From contig NC_042997.1 of NCBI RefSeq assembly GCF_006345805.1, positions 173,042,001 to 173,106,000 of the forward strand: a stretch of DNA of 64,000 nucleotides, written 5' to 3'. Shown piece by piece: positions 25,514 to 37,960 of this stretch (position 1 is its first letter; the number at the start of each line of letters is the position of its first letter). The notes beneath the pieces were generated by a model. The model saw only the letters and a list, made by a program, of their open reading frames with translations, did not search any database and was not told where the DNA came from. Position numbers and translations under genes: made by a program. This DNA is from Octopus sinensis. Taxonomy: Eukaryota.

Positions 25514-25917
25514 TGATAGGAGAAATCAAGTTAAAAATGGATGTGATGAAGTTATTTTTTTTAGCTTTCCTTCCTCATCAGATGAGGTAGATGATGATGT
25601 TCAAGATAGCACAGAAGACAGTTCTGAACAGAAAAGTGCATGGATTTTTCTCTGTTCATACATCTGTTTCACAATAACAGTGAGGGAATCTAAAATGAAC
25701 TTATGCTCACACCTGATGCAAAGGAAAATTACTATTATATAGCACTTTCCAATAATGAGATTGTAAATGTTATTGTGTAAAGGACTAACAATTATTATGG
25801 CTTTTGTACTTATTTCAAGAGAAAATAAGTTTAAAAATTACCCTTAAGAAAATGATATTTTTCTGTCCATTTGGTACACACATAACATGCAGCCCTTCCT
25901 CATTGTTTAAGGGTTAA
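25514..25917 (+). mobile_element. Possible piggyBac relic (acidic stretch and 3' TIR)
   Basis: SSSDEVDDDVQDSTEDSSE acidic/Ser stretch like piggyBac transposase N-termini; ends TGTCCATTTGGTACAC...AAGGGTTAA. Confidence 0.4.
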
Positions 25918-26425
25918 ATTAGTTTCAAAGACACTTATCACACCACCCATCCTTCCAGGGCCAACACCCTTCTATAAGCAGTAAAACAATTTTCCCAACC
26001 CCCCAGTCATGAACAGCCCATCCCAGAGTGAAACTCTTGAGTAGACTATCAACTTTTGATATAATATACATATCTACCCATCTTATTGAGTTTTATATCA
26101 GATGAAGTTTGCACTACATAAAATATGTTTTTATGTTTTTAATATATAACTCTTACATTACAATACATACATATGTGTGCATGTGTATGTGTATATAAGA
26201 TAATATTTCTGTTCAAGGTATCACATCACTTCAGCGTGACACACTATCAGTTGATGTATATTAAAAATAAATAAATAATAAACCCAATTGAGATGATTAA
26301 CTTTTTCTTGGCTAAATTAGCAGCAGGAATATAACTGGCTGCTTTCTGAGACAATGGTAGAGTTATCATTATCATTATAAGACAGGCAGTACAGGGTAGG
26401 GAATAATAGTTGGCCCTTTGATATA

Positions 26426-26604
26426 CTGTATTTTAATGTGTATAAGGAACCCTCGTGCATAAGGAACCCCCTAATTTTGGGGGCTTAAAGTTTGGAAAAA
26501 AGGTTTCGTAAGGGATTATAATACTATCCGTGTATAAGAAACTCCCATATTTTTTTAACCTAATTTTTGACAAAAAAGGGTTCCTCATACATGTTAAAAT
26601 ATGG
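26426..26604. mobile_element. Tc1/mariner (pogo-type) MITE with TA TSD
   Basis: TIRs CTGTATTTTAATGTGTATAAGGAACCC / GGGTTCCTCATACATGTTAAAATATGG flanked by TA. Confidence 0.8.
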
Positions 26605-27452
26605 TACTTTGTTGCACCAGTGTGCTCAAAAACAACAGACTGAAATTAATTAAATAAGAGTGGAATTTAGCCAGCCATTTGACTCAATGATGATGCCTCC
26701 AACTCTGCTATGGAAATCACAATTATCGTCATCATCATTGGACTGCTAGGTCGTCATAAGGAGTTATCCAGTATATGTGGTAGGGCACATTACATTGTGT
26801 TGCCAGCATTAATAAAGTGATCCCTACCATGGAGAATTTAAAGAGGCCTCTCTCTAGCCTGCATCAGAGATTTAGTACATGCACACATGGGAGAGAGAGA
26901 TATTACTGGTTGATGGCAGAAGGGGAAGGACATTAGCAAAAATAAAGAATTTTTTTCATCAGTTTTACAGAGTTTTCGACATCTCTCACTAATTTCCCAA
27001 GAGCCAATGAAGAAGACTCTATACAGTTGCTCAACCTGTTAGAAATAGCAGCTAAATATCATTCAAATGACAAAACAGCTATCTTAATTGCAGCTTCAGA
27101 CAAATAAGACCACACGTTTTCCTCTTCCCCTACTGCACCTCACATTCCTGCATCATGATCCACACTAATACTTTCATAGCCCTTTTTTTCCAGAGCCAAC
27201 ACCTGAATCTCTTTATATTTCTCCTGTAGATGTAAACACAAATGTACAATTTGAACCAATCTCACCAACCTTGGAGGGCCTGCAAAAGCCATGCATAATC
27301 TCCCCACCTTCTACTAACCCTTGAGCTATATTATACATACTATATCATACAATAGATATAATATTTATAATATATATCTATCTAATATAATAAAATATAT
27401 ATATAATATAAATAATATAATATAAAACAATCACCATCACTCAATGTCTGAT

Positions 27453-27529
<77 letters not shown>

Positions 27530-27628
27530 CACATACATATATATATACACATATATATACACACATATATATACACACACTCATACATATATATATATAT
27601 ACATACATACACAGAGACATATATATAT

Positions 27629-27932
27629 ATTTCAGGGTGTTTATATGCATGTTTGTGTGTGTGGTTATGATATTGAGTTACTTTTACATTTTGGTTTTAT
27701 ATATATATATGTATATGTGCATGTGTGTAAAGTACAAAAACTAATCTATCTAATTATTAAGTCTAAATTTCTACACAACACACACATACACATAAATGCA
27801 TCACAACACACACATACATACAAGATTTCAAATTCCTTCTTTAAATGATTAAAAAAAAAAAGAAAACCAAAATGTAAAAACAACTCAATATCATAACCAC
27901 ACACACAAACATGCATATAAACACCCTGAAAT
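27629..27932. repeat. 70-bp inverted repeat with 2 mismatches, ~165-bp spacer
   Basis: 27629-27698 is the reverse complement of 27863-27932. Confidence 0.95.
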
Positions 27933-29389
27933 TCCTTACTCTCTACTAGTTAACGTTGTCACCTAGTTAACTTTGAGTGAAATTAAGCAAAGTGCCAAAA
28001 AGCTGTTTTTTTAATCAGTAAATTCCATCATGTCATTTTTTTAGGTGTTGCAACAGACATGTTCTTTGTGTTCTAGGTTACTAATATGGTAATGGTTTTT
28101 GTAGAGGGAAGGGGGATGGGGTTGAATCCCCCCCCCCCTGTATCTATACCCTACCCATGCTACCACAGCCACCACTCTGGCCCTGTATAAATTTGATGAA
28201 TAGATTACATTCTTAACATACAAAAAAAAAAAATTTTTTTTTTTCATCTCCCAATAAATCTAATCCGACATTAAAAATGAAAGAAGCAAATAACTATCTT
28301 TCATAAATTCTAACATAATGATATTAAATAAATTATCAGCATTGCTATCTTTGTAATAATAACCCTTCCCATCATTATTATACATAAACCCTATATGTAT
28401 CTGTGCGTATGTGTGGGAACATACACACATATGCACATATATGTACATGATCATCACCATCATTATGATCAACATCTTTGCAACAGTATTCCTAACCATA
28501 ATAATTGTTATACACAAACATATATATCTATATGTATGTGTGGGTTAAATATGTAAGTTAAGTGCCTGAATATTTTCACCATATCTATCAACAATTTAAG
28601 AACTTTTAATGCCTCTTATGATTCTCACTTTCTGACACATAACACAAATAAATATGTACATATACCTATGCATATGTTTATACAAATAATCACATGTACG
28701 AGTGTGGTTGGGTGTAAATATACATACAATTATGCTTTCAAATATGTAAATAAGAATGTGTGTGTGCGTTTCATGGTTGGGTGCCATTCCTAACATCTGG
28801 TTTTAGGTGGCTTTTTACAATCTATGTAGTCTACCTATAGTAAAACCAGGGTACACATATATCACTTCAATGTCCACTTTTCCATGCTTGCAATGGGTCC
28901 TTCTCCAGCCAGATGTCCTCCCTCTTATCAATCCTCACCTTGTTTCCAAGTAGGTAATAATCCCTCAGTCTGGTCAACAATGAAACAGCTAGACATAGTT
29001 ACAAGCTGGTATTGTTTACATGTCCAATTAAGTCCAGAGACGCTTTCTGGATTGACTGAAAACATATGACACTAACTGTATTTGATAGTAAAGCTTTAGT
29101 TTGTTTCCACACACTGGACACATAAAACAAGGACAAATCATGTACATGCATTCACACACATGCAAAAGGGTTCTTCACTTTCTGTTGTCAATCAATTTCA
29201 CTCAAATGATAGTTGTTGACCTGAAGCTATAATACAGAATGTTAGACAACTTAAACACAATAGGACCAACTCCCTAACAATGCAGTGCTAAAAAAAACCC
29301 CTCTAAACCACATAATCACCTCTTGCATTTATTCATATCAGTACTAATTCACTATCTGTATATTTATTACTATTATTATTTTCATCATC

Positions 29390-30537
29390 AAGGTGGCAAG
29401 CTGGCAGAATCATTAGTGCGCTGGACAAAATGCTTGGTGGCAGCTAATCAGTCTTTATGTTTTGAGTTCAAATTCTGCCACAGTTAACATTGCTTTTCAT
29501 ATCCTTTTGGGGATCGATAAATTAAGCACTAATTAAGCATTAGAATCAAAACAATCAACTAGCTCCTCCCCACAAAACTTTCAAGCTCTGTGCCTATAGT
29601 AAAAAGGATCATCACCATCATCATCAGCAGCAGCAGGAGGAAGCTGGATTGGTAGAATCATTAGAATGTTGGGGAAAATGCTTGAAAATATATATTACAG
29701 CTCCTTAGATTTGGAGTTCAAATTCTGCCTATGTCAACCTTGTCAACTTTTACCCTTGTGGCTTCATATAATAAATTATACCATTGACCACAGGGTCAAG
29801 GGTATTGACTAATTTTCCTTTACCCTCAAAATTACTGGCCTTGTGCCTAAACCAGAAACAATAATAATAATCCTTTCTACTATAGGCACAAGGCCTGGAA
29901 TTTGAGGGGAGGGGATAGTCAATCATATTGACCCCCAGTACTTAACTGGTGCATAATTCATTGACCACTGAAAGGATGAAAGGAAAAGTCAACTACGGTA
30001 GAATTTGAACTCAGAACGTAGTAATGGGTGAAATACCAGTAAGCATTTTGTCCAGTGTGCTAATGATTCTGCCAGTTTGCTGCCTTAACAATAATAATAA
30101 TAATCTTTTCTACTATAGGCACAAGGACTGAAATCTTGGGGAGGGGACTAGTCGATTACATCAACCCTAGTATTTCACTGGTACTTAATTTAATCGACCC
30201 CAAAAGGATGAAAGGCAAAGTTAACCTTGACGGAATTTTAACTCAGAATGTAGCGGCAGACGAAATACTGCTAAGCATTTTGCCCAGCATGCTAACAATT
30301 CCACCAGCTTGCCGCCTTATAATGATTTCAAATTTTGGCACAAGGCCAGCAAGTTTAGGGGAGGGGGTAAGTTGATTACATCGACCTCTGCATGTAACTG
30401 GTACTTATTTTATCGATCCCAAAACAATGAAAAGTAAAGCCAACCTCAGTGAAATTTGAACTCAGATTATATAGATAGACAAAATGTCACTAAGTATTTC
30501 CTTCTGGCATGGTAACGATTCTGCTAGCTCACTGCCT
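29390..30537. mobile_element. Cluster of five SINE family B copies (two +, three -)
   Basis: + copies at ~29390 and ~29640; - copies at ~29870, ~30103 and ~30320; mostly separated by (TAA)n. Confidence 0.85.
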
Positions 30538-30816
30538 TAATAATAATAATAATGATGATGATGATGATAAAACATTATCATTATCATCATTATTATTTAA
30601 TAATGATAATAATAATAATAATAATTATTATTATTATTATAGAAAAACCTGCCATGGAACTAAGAAAGATTATAAAAAATTTATTATCATAAAAATATAA
30701 ATATCTAAGAAAGATATGACAAAAAGAATTCTGAACACTAATACAGCATAACTTAAGTTGAAAAAGTATCTACATACAGGAATGTACAAAGGATATACAT
30801 AATGACATATACAAGA

Positions 30817-30852
<36 letters not shown>

Positions 30853-31134
30853 TTCAGTATGTCATTTTATACAGGGAAGGTATTAGAAAATTGGATATAT
30901 AAAGCTAAGCCAAATTTAAAGTAAGAAACCATTTTTATCATGAATCTTTAAACATAATGGAGATGGAGGGAAAGAAGACTAATAAAAAAAATATATATAT
31001 ATACAGTGTCATTAAAAAGATTGCAGCTTGATGAGAAAATAAAAAAAACAAAAACAATCGATAATTAATGTATTCTGTGTTACTATGACAATCAAAAATA
31101 TTCCAATGAATCTAATAAGAAAAAATCATTTGTT

Positions 31135-31186
<52 letters not shown>

Positions 31187-31857
31187 TGTTAATTATTTTT
31201 ATCATTCAAAGCTTTCATGAATTCCTTGACAACAAAAAATGTATCTCTAAAGGCTTGGTAGCAGATAAATTAATAAGCTTCGAAGTTAAGAATTGAAATT
31301 CTGAATTGGGGAAGTTTGCTGCTATCAGAAATTTTGTTAATTGATGTTAACCCTTTGCAGACGAAATCTGCTGACATTTCTCTCCAAAGAAATCGGAACC
31401 ATTTGCAGGAGACACAAAAGGGGTGGTGTTTACTGATGTCACAAGAATTTAGAAGCTTTGGGAGAATGTAAAATAATTCTATTTTGGAATGGTGTGACTT
31501 AAACCAACTAAAGCTATAAATAACAGCATATAAATATTGGGTTAAAAATCCCTTTCGATAGAACAGGTCGAAAGCTGCTCATGGGACATGAATCCACATC
31601 TCTTTTTTATTCAGAGATTTTTAACCCAAATTGTACATGCCCTTATTGTTAGCTTTATCTGCTTCAAGTTTCAGAGTTCCACAAAAGAATTATTTCATAT
31701 AGGCCTGCATACGTGTGTGTGTGTGTGCATGTATATATGTGTTGGTTTTTTTTAATGTCATATTAAAATAAAAACAATTTTATATTAAACTGAGGAATTT
31801 GGCAATACTTCTTTCTGGTAGAGTACATACTTATATGCATATAAAAGTATAATAATA

Positions 31858-32240
31858 ATCCTCTCTGCTATAGGTACAAAGCCTGAAATTTCAGGGAAGT
31901 GGTTAAGTTGATTACATTGACCCCAGTGCTTAACTGGTATTTATTTTATCAACCTCTAAAGGATGAAAGGCAAATGCATGCTAACGATTCTGCCAGCTCA
32001 TCTTAATAATAATAATAATAATAATGGTGATGGTTTCAAATTTTGACACAAGGCCAGCAAATTCGGGGCGGGGGAAGTCAATTAAATCAACCTCAGTGTT
32101 TAACTGGTACTTATTTTATTAATCCCAAAAGGATGAAAGGCAAAGTTGGTCCCAGTGGAATTTGAACTCGCAACATAAGACAGGTGAAATAGAATTAAGC
32201 ATTTTATCTCGTGTGCTAATGATTCTACCAGCTCATTGCC
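31858..32240 (-). mobile_element. Two tandem SINE family B copies
   Basis: AAGGATGAAAGGCAAA motif twice, (TAA)n spacer. Confidence 0.8.
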
Positions 32241-32339
32241 TCAAAACCAACACCATCACCATCACCAACACCATCGTTATCATCAACAATTACAGCAGAC
32301 ATAAAATAGTACATGTCTGTGTTCTCGAAAAGATTAGCA

Positions 32340-32739
32340 CAGTAGAACCTCATAGTATGAGTGCCCCATTGTACGAATAATTTGCAGTACGAGCCGAAAC
32401 TCAAGCAAATTTTTGTCTTGAAGTACAAGTGGGAATCCGCAGTATGAATGAGTTTTCATACAAGCATAAATCATCCCACCTTTAAGGTAATTCAGTTCAT
32501 AAAACCAGTTTACATATTTCTTTTGCATTCTCTTTTTTATAATTGTCATTTTACTTGTAACTACACCTTTTCTAGTTTTAAAACCCATAAAAAATTATTT
32601 CTGAGTGTGTTTTGGGGGCTGGAACGGTTTAATTATATTTTAGTTAACTTCAATGGGGAAAACTGATTTGGAAAACAAGTAAATCCTAAGACGAGCTCGG
32701 TCATGGAATGAATTAAACTCGTACTGCGAGATATCACTG
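32340..32739. mobile_element. Tigger-like non-autonomous DNA transposon
   Basis: TIRs CAGTAGAACCTCATAGTATGAGT / ACTCGTACTGCGAGATATCACTG followed by TA. Confidence 0.75.
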
Positions 32740-33419
32740 TATTTTTTTCCTTTCTACAATAAAGTTTGACAAGATGATATACTGACCCAGTCAGCTTACA
32801 AGAGTTAAAGCACACACAATAAGAACTGAAGAGGTAGAACAGATAAAAATTGCCTTAGCAATAGTACAGAGTAGTATTCCTGACCAGTGTTCTTTGACCC
32901 CAAAGTAGCCCAGATTGAAAAAGACTTATGATTAAAGGTATTCTGGTCATGACCACCCAGAACTAAACCCTACTCATTTTACCCTATGCCGCTAGTACTT
33001 TACTGGCAATATAAATGTTGATTGAATTAACTGTGCACCTTCAACCAAGTTTCTGACTGGGCACCAGAGTTGAACATTGATATTTAGCTCAATCTTTGTA
33101 CATTTAAAGTGGAAATCCTGATCAGATTCAACTTTGCCCTTTATCCTTCTTGAGTCAGTACCAAGTATGTACAAAGCAAAATATTTGATAGTTTAAATCA
33201 TAGCTTTAATTCAACTTGAGAGACTAGTTATAAAGCCCACGCTCATCTCTTCCAAATAAACATATACAAATTTATTTATTTAACATGTAAGTAAATACTA
33301 AAAATTAAACAAATTCGGAAAGTCACATATGTAATCTCTCCAGCAGATAAAATAAAAATCATACAAAGTATAACACGGTTTTTCACCATCAAAACAGGTC
33401 TACACCGTATTTCACAATA

Positions 33420-33454
<35 letters not shown>

Positions 33455-33555
33455 CCTGCTGAAGTCAACTTTACTTTTCATCCTTTTGGGATGAAAATAC
33501 TGAGGTTGATGTAATTGACTGGTCCCACAGCACCAAATTTCAGGTCTTGAGCTTT

Positions 33556-34082
33556 ATTATTGAGTGAGAGAGTAGCACAGGCCATCAAAATGACACTGGG
33601 GTAAAATATATGAAGTCCAGTATACCCACCATAACTACCTGTCTGATAAAGTTACACCAGGCACATGCATCACAATCATATGTGTGTGATACGGTGATCT
33701 TATATCAAGATAAACAGTGCATGACCTTGCAGGTGAGGCTCACAATTTTTTTCAGGTTGAGTAGCCTATCCCGCTCAAAAGGTCCCTGAATAAGGATTGT
33801 TTAAGGATGATGAATGAAACATCCATGTTTCCAGAGGTGAATTATTCAAATCCCAAAGAATCCCACTACTTCTGCTCATGATCAGAGATGCATATATTGT
33901 CAGCCAACAAGCGTATATGCTCAACTGGTTAAGGTCAAACGACTGACAAGCAAATCTAGGGTATTAAGCAGAATATTTGTTGTAGCCCATCTTTTATACC
34001 AAGACAAATCATGTACATGATAACACTTCCAATCAGTTAAGATCAGAAACCAAGAGAGCCACTGCCTGGTATTGTATCAGGT
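33556..34082 (-). mobile_element. Unclassified ~530-bp interspersed element ending in a short TAA tail
   Basis: Higher-GC block abutting a SINE tail; the minus-strand 3' end reads CTCTCTCACTCAATAATAA; family recognised only from recall. Confidence 0.5.
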
Positions 34083-35168
34083 CGTCGTCGTCGCGATCAT
34101 CATCATCATTACTGTTATCACCATTATCATTATTTTACTTTAAAATTAAATCAAGCCAGCTTTTTTTGAAATGCTAAAAATCTGTAGCTATTTTCTTTAT
34201 AAACAGAACAGTACTTTTCTCTCCTCTCCATCAACTACAGTGTGAAAAGTACAAATAAATTAGGTAGCATATGGATACATCATCAGAATCATAACAGCAG
34301 CATTCCCCTCCACATCTGCTCTCCTGGATTGGAATTTAACTAAACTATTTTGCCCTTCCAAGCGTATCAATCCTATGTCATGTCATCTCATTTCATCATC
34401 TCTCACTTCCATGTGGTGGGCCAAATATTTTAAGGAGAGATCTCACTCGTATTATTTATAAAATAGAATTAAAAGGAGCTACATCGACCATCTTAAAGCT
34501 AGATACCATGCATAGATTGACTGGATATAACAAAATGGGACAAGAGTAGAAGACAGCATTAAACAGGTGCTTATTTGCAGAGAAAGAAATATATAGCACT
34601 AAATAATTTGCTCAAGCAGAAAATTAGATTGTTTCATTGGCTGTGAATAACCCCACTGCTGCTAACATACCCCACCGCCACCACTATGTATTAATAAGCA
34701 GATACAAGTCAGCAGAGACGATACAATCTGTGTAGCACAGAATGTGCTCATACATGTGTGTGTGCGTGTGCTGGATATATATTGGTAATAAAGAAAAATT
34801 TTATGCTCCACCGGATACTGTGAAGCTTTAACTATCTTGAGGAGAAAATGCTTGACAGCTATTCCGTTATAAATGCTTCACCCATGACCATTTTCAAACT
34901 ACAGCACCATCACTGGAGATTTTATTTGAACTGGAGTGCTCAATGCATGCAGAAGTTCTATTTTTGAGGGGAGAGATGTGATGAGGAGTGTGATAGGAAA
35001 GAAACAAAAAATAAGGAAAAGAGAGAGTGTGTGCACGGCTGGGCACACGTTCCTCTTCTACTTTGACTAGTTTTGAAGTCAATGTAGTTACTATGAAGGA
35101 TAGCTAAGAGTAAGAAAGAGACAGAAACATATGCAAGTACCTACAAAACCCCAAGAGAATGTGAAATA

Positions 35169-35558
35169 ATTCTTTCTTTGGGAACAGTGAATCTCAAAGC
35201 AAGCAAAGCCACTGACAATACCATGCAAATACTGGGTCAGAAAAAATCTATGGATGTAGAAAGTTAAAAACCACATCTCTCTTAAGGTAGCCAAATGCCT
35301 CGTCACCTAATTAGTGACAAGCAGGCGGCTATCCCAGTACTACCTTGTCGTGGTGAGAAAGCTTATGCCCTTTGAGGGAGGGGCGGCTCGTGATGGCATG
35401 CACCCACCTCGCACATGCCGCTCCCGTGACCAATCCCGTGTACAACTCGGGATGACCCAGATCCATATGTCCAGTAAACATGTCATGTTCATCCAATATT
35501 TGTATGGTATTGTTAGTGGCTTTGTCAGTTTCAAGACTGACCATTCCAAAAAAGAAAT
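35169..35558. repeat. ~68-bp imperfect inverted repeats bracketing the 28S fragment
   Basis: 35169-35237 versus 35491-35558; 30-nt core CAAAGCCACTGACAATACCATGCAAATACT is 27/30 identical. Confidence 0.85.
35277..35323 (+). rRNA. Orphan 28S rRNA gene fragment (R2/I-PpoI/Pokey target region); not a functional gene
   Basis: CTCTCTTAAGGTAGCCAAATGCCTCGTCAcCTAATTAGTGAC matches the universally conserved eukaryotic LSU sequence at 41/42 nt, then AAGCA versus GCGCA. Confidence 0.93.
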
Positions 35559-36800
35559 ACACACATACACACCATCATATGAGGTATAAGGTGTAAACTA
35601 ATGACCATGCACTCAACGATCCATCGTCATAACCTCATACCCATTGTGACTTTCATAAGTAAAAATCATGAAATACACAAAAAAAATTATGCAACACTTA
35701 CTAATGATTAGTTTCAATGTAACTGAATGTAGAATACACACATTGATTTCTCTTGTATGTACTGCCATAAATACTGTGTGTGTGGGGGGGGGGATAAGAT
35801 TTTTTCCGTTACTAATAACACAATCCACCCAGACAGCTTTGGTAGGAGACATTTGACCAAGGTACCAAACAATAGATTGAAAGTGAAACCATTTGATTGG
35901 GAGGTAATCTTCTTAACTACACAGCCAGACAACCACCCATCCACAAGGAGCAAATATACACACAGACACACACCCATACAGAACACACACAAAAAGGCAT
36001 ACATATATATATATATATATACACACACACATACACTCATATAGAAAACATGTGTATCAATCTAAAAAGTTACAAAAGGCATGTATACACACACACATAT
36101 ATGTACATGCATACAGACAAAAATTTGAATATATACTCATGTATTCAGTTTGTGTGTGTGTGTGTGCATGCATGTGTGTGTGCACATGTGCATTTAGATA
36201 TACAAACAAGGTCTGTAGTAGTGTTTATTTGTCTATCTCTGAAGGAATTAATCCTTAGTCTTCTCTACATATAACACACACACACACATTTACAATTATG
36301 TATGCATAATAGACATGTATGTAAATCAGACAGACACATTTTTTTTCTTTTTTTACTTTTTATAACATCTCCTTTTACAACTAGTTTTGAAATTATTTAT
36401 TGCTTTTATTTAATATTCTCTATTTTGCATCATCATTTAGCATGTAAATTCAACTACTGAGTATTGAACACTACATGTATTGCATATTTAAAAACAAACT
36501 ATTTTATTTTGTAATGTAATTCCTTATAATGTAATTCCATTTTAGAGCAGATGGAAATGAACATAATGTAAACAACACTAGAAGTATGAATTTGGTACAA
36601 ACTGTTGAATACAACTTTAATAAGTATATAATTGTTGTCTCACCATTTTCCTCTCTGTAAGAATTGTTTAACTTCATAAATGTTTAACTTAATTTATTTA
36701 CCTTGAGTTATGATGTGCTGGTGATTCCAAAGAAAGATAAAATGGTGCAATACATGACAAGAAATTTTAAGATTTTTATAATGAGTAGGAAAAGAAAATA

Positions 36801-36937
36801 TTAACCTTTAACACGCTGTAGATGCATCATGTCACCATATGAGTTTTCTCCCCTCTCAATGTGACATAACGTGCTTGCAGCTATAGGGGAGAAAACTCAT
36901 AATGTGCCATGGTATGCATAAGTATACTAAAGGTTAG
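36801..36937. mobile_element. Short fold-back TTAA MITE
   Basis: TTAACCTTTA...TAAAGGTTAG ends; perfect internal IR ATGAGTTTTCTCCCCT / AGGGGAGAAAACTCAT. Confidence 0.75.
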
Positions 36938-37399
36938 ATATGTATATTCTGTATGCCTTCTCCTCTATTCTTTGATTTATATTTTAAACTTCTTATCCTG
37001 CCTCAACTTAATCTCGAAGAGTTTGTCTCCCCTGTGAAATTGTAGTAGTGGCCAATGCCAATGCTGTCTGACAGGCACCTGTGCTGGAGACACATAAAAA
37101 GCATCGTTCAAGCATTGGGCCTCATGGAGGCAGTGACAAGTGACTGAGACTTTTGATGACATACCATACTTGTGTAGACTTGCCAAATCAGATCAGAACC
37201 TGGCTTACCAGTTTTCAGTCAAACCGTTCAACCCCTGCCAGCATGGAAAACGGACATTAAATGATGATGATGATGATGATGATATATCTGACACCAGGGG
37301 TGCATCACATGTTATTTCACTCAGATTACAGAAACTCTTGTGTGATTTGAACACACTAATGTGAGTAGTAGGGCTGTGTACACTGTGACCTAAATAATA

Positions 37400-37960
37400 T
37401 TGAATTCTTTGTTTTCAACTAGGCAAAAACAGGTAAATTTTGTAGTGGTGACAATAAAGACAGACAACTTTTTATACACAAGCTCCAAAGGTTACTGGGA
37501 TTTATGTTATTAAGTTTCATAGGTTGAGACTGAAATGAGAAGTTAATGGTTTCCAGTAGAACATTGTTGGCATTATTGGAAAGAGATGATGTGGACTATA
37601 TTCCCCAACAGTTACAAGAGTGCAACATATTTAAAGAAGAAAAAAAGCCTTTACTCCACCAATTCGACTAACTCTTTTAGCTCATATTTAAGACGACAAT
37701 AATCAAATGGATAATGATTTCAGGTGTCCAACTGATGCCACAGTAAAGAAAAAGTAGAATAGTATACCAATCTGAAGTATGAAATCCTCAAATGCTTAAA
37801 TTAACACAGTCCTGATGTTGCCAACTATCACTGACGTTTCAAGTGCATTAATGAATTTGAGAGCAAATTTTGGAAAGGTAGACCTTAATTCATAAGTGGA
37901 TGCATTGCGTAAAAATCTGTATTATTTGGTTTGACAGAAAGCTTCTTTTTTTTTTTTTTG
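37400..37960 (+). pseudogene. Decayed RLE-type (Dong/R4-like) LINE 3' fragment
   Basis: Shares TGAAGTATGAAATCCT and AATTTGAGAGCAAA with the 57.7-57.8 kb relic. Confidence 0.55.

Noticed and set aside
35277-35323. Functional rRNA gene
   Set aside because: Only ~45 nt, with no flanking rDNA
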